Below, one piece after another: positions 49,855 through 61,306 of a stretch of DNA of 64,000 nt. The notes beneath the pieces are model-generated. The model was not told the DNA's origin and did no database searches. It saw only the letters and a program-made list of their open reading frames with translations. A program made the translations under genes and the position numbers. Origin of the DNA: Monocercomonoides exilis PA203 (lineage: Eukaryota; Protista; Preaxostyla); NCBI GenBank assembly GCA_001643675.2, contig LSRY02000019.1, positions 1,426,001 through 1,490,000 of the forward strand. Direction: 5' to 3'. Positions within the stretch are counted from its first letter, which is position 1. Each line of letters opens with the position of its first letter.

Positions 49855-51390
49855 ATGAGCAATAACATTGGAGCGTTGAACAATAAAACTGATATCGAAA
49901 CGTGTAAGCGATTTTCAAAAAGTGATCTTTCAATAAAGGATGAGGATGGAAGAACAAAAGCAATGAGTTGGATCATTGATCATGAAGCAGAACCACCAGA
50001 GTGGATGAGGCATAACATCACACTTGCTGATAAAAATTTATTGACGATGGCAATGATATGGATTATATGTGTAAAGACAGAACCTCCGAAGTGGATGAGG
50101 CATAGAATCACTCTTTCAGATAAAGATGGAATGACAATGGCAATGCATTGGATAACAAATGTGAAAACAGAACCACCAGAATGGATGAGACATGAAAAAA
50201 CGCTTGGAAATAAAAATGGATGGACAATGGCCATGTGTTGGATTCAATATGTAAAGACAGAACCACCAGAATGGATGAGACATGAAATAACCTTTGCTGA
50301 CAGCTATGGATGGACGATGGCTGTGTGGTGGATTCAATTTATTCAAACAGAACCACCGGAATGGATGAGACATGGAACCACGCTTAGCGATTATAAAGAA
50401 AGAACAACGACCGTGCACTGGATGAGCCATATCATAAATGAACTTCCCAGATATATGAAAAAATACAATTCATTTTGCGTTGCAGCTTTTTGCAATATAC
50501 TTGTATGCGCAACAGCAATATTTTGGATATATTGTGAAAAATCAAGGCTTAAAGAAAATTTATTTCATAGCATTGCACTCAGTGATATTGATAGAAAAAT
50601 TGAGTTTATTCACAGTGAAATAGAGAAAAAAACAGAACAGTCAGAAGAGATAAGGCATGATGCAACTCTCAGTAGAAAGGAAGAAGCAACAATGGCCATG
50701 TCATGGATCAAAGAAGTTAATGCGTATCCGCCAGAATGGATGAGAAATGATGCTACGATATCCGATAATGATGGCAGGACAATGGCCATGAAGTGGATTA
50801 TAAATGTCAAGACAGAACCACCAGAGTGGATGAGGCATAACATCACACTTGCTGATAAAAATTTATTGACGATGGCAATGATATGGATTATATGTGTAAA
50901 GACAGAACCGCCAGAGTGGATGAGGCATGACGTGGAACTTGGAGATAAAGAAGGTTGGACAATGGCAATGTATTGGATTGTAAATGTCAAGACAGAACCT
51001 CCAGAATGGATGAGACATGAAAAAACGCTTGGCAATCATGACGGATCAACAATGGCCATGTATTGGATTGTAAATAAGAAAATAGAACCTCCAAAGTGGA
51101 TGAGACACGGAATAACGCTTGCTACTAAAAACGGATGGACAATGGCAATGATATGGATTGAGAATGTGAAGACAGAGCCACCAGAGTGGATGAGGCATGA
51201 TATCACACTTGGGAATAAGAATAAATGGACGATGGCAATGATATGGATTTATAACGTGAAGACAGAACCACCAGAGTGGATGAGACATGACATCACACTT
51301 TGCGATAAAGACGGATGTACAATAGCGATGAAGTGGATTTATAACGTGAAGACAGAACCACCAGAGTGGATGATTGCTTGTGTTCGTTAG
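49855..51390 (+). CDS. Intronless 30-aa tandem-repeat protein (16 units, divergent ankyrin-like)
   Basis: Consensus xTLxDKxGWTMAMxWIxNVKTEPPEWMRHx; 13 well-conserved and 3 degenerate central units; 90-nt DNA periodicity. First ATG at 49855. Confidence 0.85.
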   Translation: MSNNIGALNNKTDIETCKRFSKSDLSIKDEDGRTKAMSWIIDHEAEPPEWMRHNITLADKNLLTMAMIWIICVKTEPPKWMRHRITLSDKDGMTMAMHWITNVKTEPPEWMRHEKTLGNKNGWTMAMCWIQYVKTEPPEWMRHEITFADSYGWTMAVWWIQFIQTEPPEWMRHGTTLSDYKERTTTVHWMSHIINELPRYMKKYNSFCVAAFCNILVCATAIFWIYCEKSRLKENLFHSIALSDIDRKIEFIHSEIEKKTEQSEEIRHDATLSRKEEATMAMSWIKEVNAYPPEWMRNDATISDNDGRTMAMKWIINVKTEPPEWMRHNITLADKNLLTMAMIWIICVKTEPPEWMRHDVELGDKEGWTMAMYWIVNVKTEPPEWMRHEKTLGNHDGSTMAMYWIVNKKIEPPKWMRHGITLATKNGWTMAMIWIENVKTEPPEWMRHDITLGNKNKWTMAMIWIYNVKTEPPEWMRHDITLCDKDGCTIAMKWIYNVKTEPPEWMIACVR

Positions 51391-52272
51391 AAAATGCAAT
51401 TTCTCTCAATTATTGACTATGATAAAAGTATCATGGATAACAGAGTCATTACACAAAATAAAAAATAATTTTCATTATTCTCTGCCTAACACTCTTTCTG
51501 ATTACAAAAATATGCTTGTTTATTTTTATTTATGAAAAGTATTTGATCATTTGTTATTTTTTGTATTTTTTGATTATTATTCGTAGTTATTTTTTCGAAT
51601 AATTTTAGTTTAATTTGACTTTTCATTATTATGCTTTCATTTACTGTATTTAACTTTATTTTATTTTTAAAAAATTTGATACACCAAAAAATCATCCAAA
51701 ACAAGAATTTTTGCATTTGAATTTTGAACTTTGACAATTTTCATTGGAGAAAAATTCAAATTAAAAATTGCCATTAGTGAATAAAAATAAAAAATAGTTA
51801 AAAATTAATTGTTATTCATAAACTGCACAACAAGGTGAAACTCTTACCAAAGTTCATGACTGGCTTTTGTTGGTTGAAAGTGAATTCTTTTTTCTTAAAA
51901 TAAAAAACAAAAATTCACAAACAAAATTTTTTTAATCAGGTTCATCATAAAAGTTGATGATAATCTTGAAATTTTGAGTGCAAATATTCTCGTTTTGAAT
52001 AATTTTTGGTGAATATTTAAAAATAAACTTCTTTTTGATCGTATTTTAAAGCATTTGTGGAAAAAAGAATCGATAATTCATCCGAATGCATTTTCCTTTT
52101 TGTTAGCATTGCCATTTGCTCAGATTTTTTCCTCCTCCAAAAATACGAAAATCCAAATTCTTAATGTATTTTGCAAGTGATCAGTTGCTTCAAACATTTT
52201 CCGGTTCAAAAATAAAATGAAAAAATAAAATAAAATAAAATAATCCATTGCTTTAAATCAATTTCGCTCATT

Positions 52273-55200
52273 TTATTCGTCTTCCGATTGATTTTCGCTA
52301 TCTTCATCTGCGTCTTCATCTCCTTCATCTTCACCATCATCTTCGTCCGCACCACTTTCAGACGAATAGTCCATCCCATTCGAGTCTTCGTCCTCTTCCT
52401 GCGTCTCCTCTTCCTCTTCGCTGTCTTGGTCAGCATTTTGTGTTCTTTCTGCATTCTGCGCTGGACGGGGTTGCTCATTCGTCGTGCTTCTCGCAGATGG
52501 TGTCGTGCTTCTTGCTGTCGGTGCAGCTCTCAGTTCACTCAGCGCTCTTCCCACATTCGCAGACGATATTTTCTCCTGCTCCTCCGCAGTTATCCTCCGG
52601 ATTTTCATCTGCTTTTCCTTCGGCCCCATCCCCAGCGCTGCCATGATCCTCTGCTTCCGCTCAGCCACTTCCTTTTCGGGGAGCACAGGCACACGCGCAA
52701 ATGGTATTTCCGACATCATCTTGTTCATCGCCTCAATCGCCTTCTCTGCTTCCATGCTCTTGTCGTTCAGCGAGCGGCTCCAGTCGAAGCACGTGTAGGC
52801 AGACAGGATGGTGACTCTGGACTCGATGGTGACGAGAGACTTGCCCAGAACGAGGAGGATGCGGGCGAGATAGAGGGAGGACGGGATCATAAACATAATC
52901 TCGTCCACAAGCGGGACAAACGGCTGCTTCGAGAAAGGAAGAGGCTTCCGGAGAGGTGAAGGAAACAGATCGATGGTGGTGAAGAGATCCGAATCATCAT
53001 CAAAATCAAAAGACGAATCAAAATAGAAATTCGATAAAACCGACGAACGCGCTTTGGGGTTCACAGGAGGCTGAAGAAGATTATGCTGCGTTCGAATAGG
53101 ATTAGACGGCTCCCGGACAGCCTGTGCAGTGTTCACAGGAGTCGAAGGAGAGGCAGCCGAAGGGCGAGGGGTAGAGGTGGGAGTGGTTTGGGTCGGTGTT
53201 TGTGTTGGGGCTGCAGGCATTCTTTGTCTGTTTGAAGAAAGTGCTCCAGAAGTTTGTGTTTGTGGGGTCGAGACAGCACCTCCAGCAGCAGCTGAAGAGG
53301 CGCCAGCTCTGGCAGCACTTGCTGGTGGAGTGGATGTGGGGACATTAGCAGGAACAGACGGAGGAACAGGGGCAGGCGGAGGCAGCTTGGTTGGGGGAAC
53401 AGGGAGGGTCACAAACACAGAGGTGTTCATGATGTCTGTGGAGCCCATCGAGAACTCATCGGGGTATGTCATCATCATCGCATTCGTGCACTTTTCCAGC
53501 CAGTCTCTGCCGAGTATCACTTTCACTGCCATCAGATGGTTGCCTTCTCTCGCAAACAGCTCGGCGAGGCAGATAAGCGACGTGCAGGCGGCAACCTTCA
53601 TCGATGCCGGGACGCGCTTGCTGGAGTTCCACATGATGGCTGTCCGCTCAGCCACAAAGGAGAACAGGCGCTTTGCTTCGAGTACTGGGTTCATGTGCAC
53701 CAGCGGCCGCGAATAGAAGTCGAATTCAGGGGCAGGAATAGACGGAGAGGATGTGGAGTTAAACGCGCCTGTGTCTGAGTCGCAGGCGAGTGTGGGGAAT
53801 GAGTTTGGAGGTTGCTTCGTATCAGCAGCAGCTGAGACATTTTCTGTGTAATCTGTTTCCTGTTCAACGCGTTGTCTTGCTGGCCTTTCTGTCTGCGCAC
53901 TCCGTCTTTGTGATTCTCCTTGTGGAGTTGATCCCTGCTGATGCTGATTCTGTTGCTGATTCTGCTGCTGTTGATGCTGTTGTCCTTCTTTTCTCTCTCC
54001 TGTTCCTGTTTTGCTGTCTCCTATTCCATACACCATCTGATACACCATCTTGCACTGCCTTTGATCTGCTCCAATGAGCACCTTCCCAATCAGCGTCACG
54101 GTGTACGGGTGGTTCGGGTAGATTACTTTCATCCTCCTCAGAAAGCGCAGTGCCTCTTCCACTCTCCTCTGCTGCAGCATCGCCGAAGCCCCGCGGTCGA
54201 ACATGACAGGCGACGGGAACAGCTGCACCGCCTTCGACAGAAGAAGGTCTGCCTGTGGATTGTGAATGTGCAGCGCATCGAAGCAGGCAGTGACGATGTG
54301 GTGGAGCACGAGATGTGCGCCGAAGGTCATTGCTTCTGTGACTGGCGGGACGGCACTGCTGTTCATCTTCTGCATCGACGTCGTGCGGCTCACTCGTTTC
54401 AGATAGCGTCCGCACATCTCGCCCAGCTGCGTGTATGCATTCACCGCGCTGATCAGCGTCACCTTCAGCACCCAGCCGTATCTGTCGCCGTAGTTCGTCA
54501 GTCGTGTCCTGTCGTCGTTGAAGTAGATGAAGCTTCCCTTCAGCAGCGGCAGGAGGATGAACGCGCAGTACGCCAGGCGGATTGCTGGGTGGTAGACAGC
54601 AATGTTCATGTACTCATTCATCAGGTTGGCCTCAATCATGTTCACTTCTTTGAACAGCGATGGCGCTTTCGTCGCCCCGTCTCTTGTGCGGCGCACAGGA
54701 GACGGAACAAACACAGCCTTGATCATGTCTGAGAAGGAGCTGTCGAAGGACTTGCCAAAGGGGCGGGAGGAGAGATAAGGCGTGGCGAGTGGCTGGCGGT
54801 TGGACTGGAGACGCGACTGCTGCATGGAAGAAGGATCGGCAGAAGAGGTTGGGTAGCGCAGGATGGGCAGCTGGTGGTGCATTTGGCGAGGGAAGGAGGC
54901 TGGCTGGGTGTGGTAGACATCGCGGGCAGGGGTGGCGAAGGGGAAGGAAGGAGAAGGAGAGGTAGAATTCAGAGCACTTTCGAAGGAAGAGAGAGAAGGT
55001 GAGGGAGTGGTTGAAGGTGTGAATGACAAAGAGTCCGCTGATGAAGAAGAGGGATCTGGAACAGTACCAAAAATGCCAGCAGAAGTGGCAGCAGGCACGG
55101 AAATCGAAGAGGCAGCAGAATGAGGCGGGGGAGGTGGGGGGGGGAGGAACGAGTGAAGAGGAGGCGGAGGTGGGAGTGCAACAGAAGAAGTGGATGTGAA

Positions 55201-55889
55201 TGGCATTGAAGAGAACTGCGGGGCAGGCACAGCTGGCGGAGGGGGTACAGACACAGAAGTCGACGAGATCCAAGATGAGGCAGAAGAAGAGGAAGAAGAT
55301 GTTGAAGGGGTGGAAGAGGAAGCAGAAGGGGTATTGTTTGCTGTTTGTGGGGTCGTCACAGAAGATATATAGGCAGAGAAGGAGCCAGGAGCAGGAGCAG
55401 AAGGCGAAGCACGAACCTCTGGAGTGGCATCAGGTGTTGGGTACATCTTTGGCAGGCGCGACGAGGTTGAGCTGCTTGTTGGCTGTTCGAGTGTGTTCTC
55501 CAGCACAAACGGGATGGCGTTGAAGGCAGAGTTGATCTGGATGTCTTCTGGCTGGCTGTAGAGCTGGGTGGAAGAAGGGAAGATGGAAATGTCCGACTGG
55601 AGAGAGAAAGAGGCAGAGGCGTCTGACAGCCACGTCTGGTGGGTGAGGAACGGCTGGAGGATGTTGGAGAGGGGCTGGATCTCTTCCAGCTCGAGGCAGA
55701 GGACAGTCTCAAAGAGTATGGCTTCGTGGAAGGCGTCGACGGGAGGGAAGGACTCAGAGGGAGACAAGTATGTGGAGGCATAGAGGATGGATGGGCTGTT
55801 GGAGAAGACAGCGCTCGTTGAGGTTTGTGTGGTGGAGGATGCTGTCTCTGGTGGGGGTGGTGATGTTGGTGGGGGCATTGAAGCAGAAG

Positions 55890-55920
<31 letters not shown>

Positions 55921-58014
55921 TGTTTCTGTATCTGCATTTGCTGTTGGTGTTTCTGTGGACGATGCAGTCATTTGTGTGGGTGTTGATATAGCTGTCGCAG
56001 AATCAGCAGATGGGGCAGCTGGTTCTGACTGCATTGTTGCATGTCCTGGAGTTTCTGTTGATGTTGGGGTTTGTGTTTGTGTTTGTGTGGGTGTTGCCAT
56101 CACAGGTGTTGCCATTACTGCTGCTTCTTGAGCTGTTTGAGCTGTTTGTGTGTTTTGAGGTGTTTGCAGTGTTGAAGCAGAAGGCGGTTGAAGCAACGTG
56201 ACTGATGATTCTTCTGGTGTTGTTGCTGAGGCTGATGCTGATTGGGGTGTTGATTCCAAAGAAGAAGAAGAAGAAGAAGAATTTGGCTCTGTTGTTGACG
56301 ATGCTGAATCCGCGTCTGATTCCCAATTGGGTCCGTCTTCTGCCTCTCTGACTTTCCTGTTGATCTCCTTCATCAGCGCTGGATGCAGCAATCTCAGTGC
56401 CTTCTCTCTGTCGCAGTCTGAGTAAATGCAAAGAGAGAGAAGAAGCATCCCGTTCAGACAGCCCTTGACTTCTGCCTTTAGGTGCTTCTCCAGATACACC
56501 TGCAGGTCCCAATAGAGCCCTTTCCCCAGCTGCGACCGCAAATACGCATAGCTCGCCCCCGTCAGCTTTGATGCACGTGTGCCTTTTGCCTGCGATCTGA
56601 AGGGAGAGTCACGATGACCTTGTGAAGACGACATGCTTTGTGAATGCTGGCGCTGCTGCTGTTGCATCTGCATTTGCATTTGCATCTGCTGCTGCCTCAT
56701 GCCGCCTCGTTCGCTTCCGCTCTGTCCCATTTTGAGTGGGTAACTCGGAGACACAACGGCTGTGATGCGGTTTAGGCGGATCGTTCTGTCGGCGCGGATG
56801 TTGCGGCAGAGCTGGATGGCGATGCTTTCTGCGTATGTTGGCTCGTTCTCTGCGTTGATCAGCGGGCGGATGCGAGGCATCTCGATGTTCAGCTTGAATC
56901 CCGTCGGGTGACACTGCAGCGCCGCATCCACACAGCTGTCTGCACTGTACCAGCCCCTCAGATTGGGGAACACCACATAGCCATAGTCAGGAATACGCCC
57001 TTCTTCGTGCGGGAGATGCACGTCTTCGACTGAGAGGCCCAGCATGTTCGCTGTCTGCGCTGTGATAATTCGCATGTGCAGCTCTTCCAGCGGCGGCTCG
57101 CTCAGATGCTTCAGCTGCACCCAAATTCCAAATTTTATTGCTTCGTTTGACAAGTAATACCCATACGGTTTTTTGATGAGAAATAAAAGTGAGTTTCTAC
57201 CCATCGCAACATCTGCCCATTTTGCGTTTACAGACACGTTCCTGTCCATTGCTTTAGTGATGTTTTCCAACGCATCTGCTGCTTCTCGACTTTTTTTAAA
57301 TTCCAAAAAGCAAGTAAAACCATCTGTAGATAATGAAATGTTTGTCAATTGCCCAAATCTTTGTCTGAAAACAAATTTATTATTATTGGCAACGTAGCGG
57401 TGAAAGAATAAAATGAGGAAATTGTTGAAAATAAAACAATAAATCTGCAATATGAAAAATGAATAATTGAATTGCTCAAACTCGCAATAGAAAATCAGTT
57501 TATCTGCGTCTCCTTCGTTAAATTCCCCATGAACAATAATAGTTTTGCTTTTTGTTGCAGATTGTATTTTATATGCAATACTTTCCAGCTTCTAAAATAT
57601 ACAATGAGTGAAAATATTGAATACCAAGAATTTGAGAAGCAAACGACAAGAGAGCTTTGCAAAAGTTTTTCTGCACTTTCTTGTTTCTCAAAATATACTA
57701 AGATATATCCGTGGGTTTTTCCTGAATTTTTCTGCACGTGAATATGATCTATTTTTCCAATGTTTTGAAAGCATCTCTGAAGCCTTTCAAAGGTAAAATC
57801 TAATGGAACGTCTATCAATTTGACTCCTCCTGTTGTTAAAAAAGCAAAGAAAATCAGGAATAAATGTTAAATTGCTGTTGTCGTTCATAACTGTTATCTT
57901 CATCAAAATCAATAGGCTCTTTGAAAAATAAATGAATGAATGAATAGATAATATATATAATGTGAAAATACCGCATATGTCTGCAAAAATTGGTGTTTTA
58001 TAACTTCCTTCCAT
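52273..58014 (-). CDS. Large RNA-binding protein: 2-3 N-terminal RRMs, Ser/Pro-rich linker, TPR-like helical C-terminal region, acidic tail
   Basis: Four 5' GT-AG introns join MEGSYKT..., GVKLIDVPLDFTFERLQRCFQNIGKI...HGYILVYFEKQESAEK (RRM1), TIIVHGEF...QRFGQLTNI...FTCFLEFKKSREAADAL (RRM2) and DYGYVVF (possible RRM3). TPR-like segment VEEALRFLRRMKVIYPNHPYTVTLIGKVL. Confidence 0.75.
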
Positions 58015-58538
58015 TTTGTAATTTTAAATAAACTTTAACAAAATATTCTGTATATAATATGGTTCTCCAAACTTGAGTGAATTTTTTGGATAATTGCAAT
58101 GTGAAGTGTTGAAAGTAATCATGAAAGTAATTCCATTTAGAACTTCGACAAATAATGCGAAAGTCACAAAAATGGCACTGAAACGTGGAGATCAAAAAGA
58201 TCTATTCAATAACATCCAATCATCAAAAAGAGGAGAGAAAATGAAACAATCAAATAGTCAAGGCGTTTTCAGAGAAAGAAATTTTTTGGTATTTTTAACA
58301 TAAGTTTATTGTTTTTATGTAGTTGTTAAAGTTGTAACATTTTCAAATTATAATTTGCATTAAATTTAGTTTTTTAATAAATACCTTGTTTTGAAAGATA
58401 TCTTAAAAGAAACAAAAAAATATGTTGCAAAATGAAACAAAAAACATTTTAAAATATCAACACTGGGTAATTCAACATATATACTTTCGGATTCTGAACT
58501 TCAATAATATTTTTGTGAAATCATTCATCTAATAGCTT

Positions 58539-59637
58539 TTATGCCACTTCTGTAGACGCTGCCCTTTCAGGATGAAGTTTTTTCAGAAGAAATGCCATAT
58601 TTGCCGCTAAGCTTTCCATATTTTTTTTGGTTCTTGGGCTGCTTGCAACTTCAGAAGGGGTTAGCCCAATTCCGTCATTCCTTCAATAAATAATTTTTTA
58701 TTTAAATTTATCAACAAAAAATGAAATATTTTTTAAAATAAAACTGTATTTTTGAGAAATTTCAAACCATGAATCACCGCTCACAACATGAACTTGTAAG
58801 TACGTGAAAAAGTGGTTAATCTATTAATATTCGCATATTTGGGGAAATTCGTTTTTAATTTTTATCAAATTTTTCAATTACAAACCTGATTGAAAGCATC
58901 TATTGCTCCAGAAGAAGCTGCAGAAACAACAGCTGTTCCGATTTTATTTTTCAATGTTCCACCTTGATATAGAGATATTTGACCACATCTGTCAATAAGA
59001 GACTTCATTGCTGTACTTACACCTGCGTAATGAGTGGGAGTTGCTGAATAATTTTTGAAATCATAATTATTAATTTTAATGATTTTGAGAAAATTTTCGT
59101 TAATTTCAAATAATTTTAAAACTCATAAACAAACCAAGAACAATTCCATCTGCTTCCATCATTTTTGCATACCATTCATTGATGGGATCTCCACTTTTTG
59201 CCCGAACGCATTTTCCAGCAGTTTTGCATGCTCCACAATCTTTTAAAAAATATATTTGTCAAGTTTAAGTTGAAAATAATTACTTTTGTTTAAAACAAAC
59301 CAATGCATCCGCTCACAAAAGGCGCTATCGTATTCGATTTTTATATTTATTTTTTTAAAATACAATAATTCGAAAAATAAAATAAAGAAAAATTTAACAT
59401 ATTCATAAAGAAGAAAGAATACCGTTTCCAACCATCACCATTTCGCATTCAATACCATTTTTACGAAGAGCTTCAAATAAAATATTTATCATTTGGCCAG
59501 TACTTCCATCTGGCAAGTGACTTTTTGAAATTTTTTAAATTAAAAATTGTATTTGAATTATAAATGCTCGGAAATTATTCAATGGGCTACCTTCCATTAA
59601 AGGCAACAACTTTAATAGGCTTTGCAGGTGAAGACAT
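58539..59637 (-). CDS. Iron-sulfur flavoprotein (Isf; multimeric flavodoxin WrbA / FMN_red family), 208 aa, 7 exons
   Basis: Exons 59637-59591, 59520-59423, 59324-59301, 59239-59135, 59043-58886, 58820-58768 and 58680-58539 total 627 nt, all GT-AG. Product: KVVAFNGS...GCIDCGACKTAGKC (CX2CX2CX5C)...ADGIVLATPTHYAGVSTAMKSLIDR...LKNKIGTAVV...INHFF...SWN...LAANMAFLLKKL. Confidence 0.92.
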
Positions 59638-60344
59638 TTGTTATAATCCCAAATAACTTTCGGGGAAATATTCAATAAGAACTAAACTAAGGGTTGATCA
59701 CAATAAAAGAAATTTTTTATTATGTGATAAACAATGTAATTTTCTATGTGGGAAAATATTTTTGTATTCAGTTCATTGTCATAATGTGGCATCAAAAAAT
59801 ATTAATGTTTTCATAAAAATTTTCTAAATATATAGAAAAATAAATGATTATTCAAAATTCAAAAAATTTTAAGAAAAAATAAAACGATATTGATTCAATC
59901 TTGGGTTTTTTTTTTTTTCTTTCTTTGAAAAAAAAATTTTTTTTGTTAAAATTGTTCATTTTTTTTTCAAATAATACAAATTACAAAATTTATTCGAAAT
60001 GATAAAGATGTTCCTTTCATTCTGTAAAAATAGCTTTCACTCAGCTCATTGTTTGTCTTTCAACCAAATGTTTTCTTTTGAAAAAATTTCAACGCAACTT
60101 ATACTTGAAACCAATAATCTTTTTTTCATGACTACTGAATAAAATTTGAAGCTTCATCCATAAATGTCATTATTACTGAAACTTAATGTGTGATAATTTT
60201 GAAATCATTAATTTTTTTGAATTATTTTGGTGGAAAAAAATTTCACATTTTCAAAAGAAAATTGTTAAGTTTCAACATTATATCAAAATTATTTTGTTAT
60301 GCGTTCGTTTCGAAAGTTGTCTTTTTGAAAAATTGAGATGCATT

Positions 60345-60600
60345 TGGGTGATTATTATTGTAATCATTACTTTTTTCGAGGTGTTAATTTTTCTAAGCTT
60401 GTTTGTCATTGGGAAGAGATTTTGAATTTAAATGCTCAATTTATCACTACTGTTTTGAGATAAAGTGAATCAGCTGAAATCAATATTCAAATGTCTTTAT
60501 TGAGCCTTTTCACTCTTCAGTGATCATGAATTTATGTTCAAAGGAAAACATGAAACGAAATTATAGAAAGAAAAAATTTGATGTCAAAAATAATAACCCA
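60345..60600. mobile_element. Degenerate MITE related to 61046-61306
   Basis: Begins TGGGTGATTATTATTGTAATCATTACTTTTTT and ends CAAAAATAATAACCCA. Flanks are TT rather than TA. Confidence 0.65.
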
Positions 60601-60643
60601 TTTAACATGAAACTGCAAAATATCTTTCCAAAAACAAACAATA

Positions 60644-60913
60644 TGGGGGAAAATACGGACTTTCAAGCTTTTTTTGCACGAAGCATTGAAAAATTGCTTT
60701 TCTCATAACTTTATTTCATTTTCTCAGATTTCAAAATAAATTTGATTTTCATATCTAAAAATAAACATCATTGATATAATAACATAATGTTTCGCTTCTT
60801 CAAACATATTTCAAAAAATAAATCCATTTTTATTGTATTTTTTGGAATCAAAAAGTCAACGAAAAGTGCATAATGTTTCAATGAAAAAGCCTGAGGCGAA
60901 ATATTTTTCCCCA
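60644..60913. mobile_element. 270-bp MITE-like element with TA flanks
   Basis: Left end TA|TGGGGGAAAATACGGACTTTCAAGCTTTTT; right end reverse complement TA|TGGGGAAAAATATTTCGCCTCAGGCTTTTT. Confidence 0.7.
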
Positions 60914-61045
60914 TATTAGAAAAAAATTTTCGTTTCGAAAAAAGATATGAAAACTAAGTAAATTACCAGCATATCTAATTAGTTGCCAAGGAAAATCTGG
61001 TGATAATGTGAAACTCATAATGAAAAAGCGTTTTTATCAGAAATA

Positions 61046-61306
61046 TAGGTGATTATTTTTGTAATCATAACTTTTTTTTCGGTGTGTTGAATCTTCAAAG
61101 GCTTTATTTCTTTGGAGATGGTTTATTCATTCAAAAGAAAGAAAAAAATGAAGATTGTTCGAAATTTCAATTTTTCAGATTATGCTCCTGAAAAAATATA
61201 TTTGTAATGAATACTAACTTTTCTGTGTTCATTTTTCATTATTCTTTGTGGATTCTGAAACAGAACTTTTTGATTGAGAAAATATGAATTCAAAAATAAT
61301 CACCCA
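61046..61306. mobile_element. 261-bp MITE with TA TSD and the same terminal 16 bp as the element inside the transposase
   Basis: TA|TAGGTGATTATTTTTGTAATCATA ... TATGAATTCAAAAATAATCACCCA|TA. Confidence 0.78.

Noticed and set aside
49855-51390. 90-bp periodic repeats as a CRISPR array or DGR
   Set aside because: The repeats are in-frame coding units with no unique spacers, cas genes, reverse transcriptase or adenine-specific template/variable pair.
51640-52050. Weak inverted symmetry in an AT-rich intergenic region
   Set aside because: Matches are short A/T tracts expected by chance at this composition.
58094-58303. Small plus-strand ORF or possible snRNA upstream of the RRM gene
   Set aside because: No conserved protein or snRNA motif was recognised.
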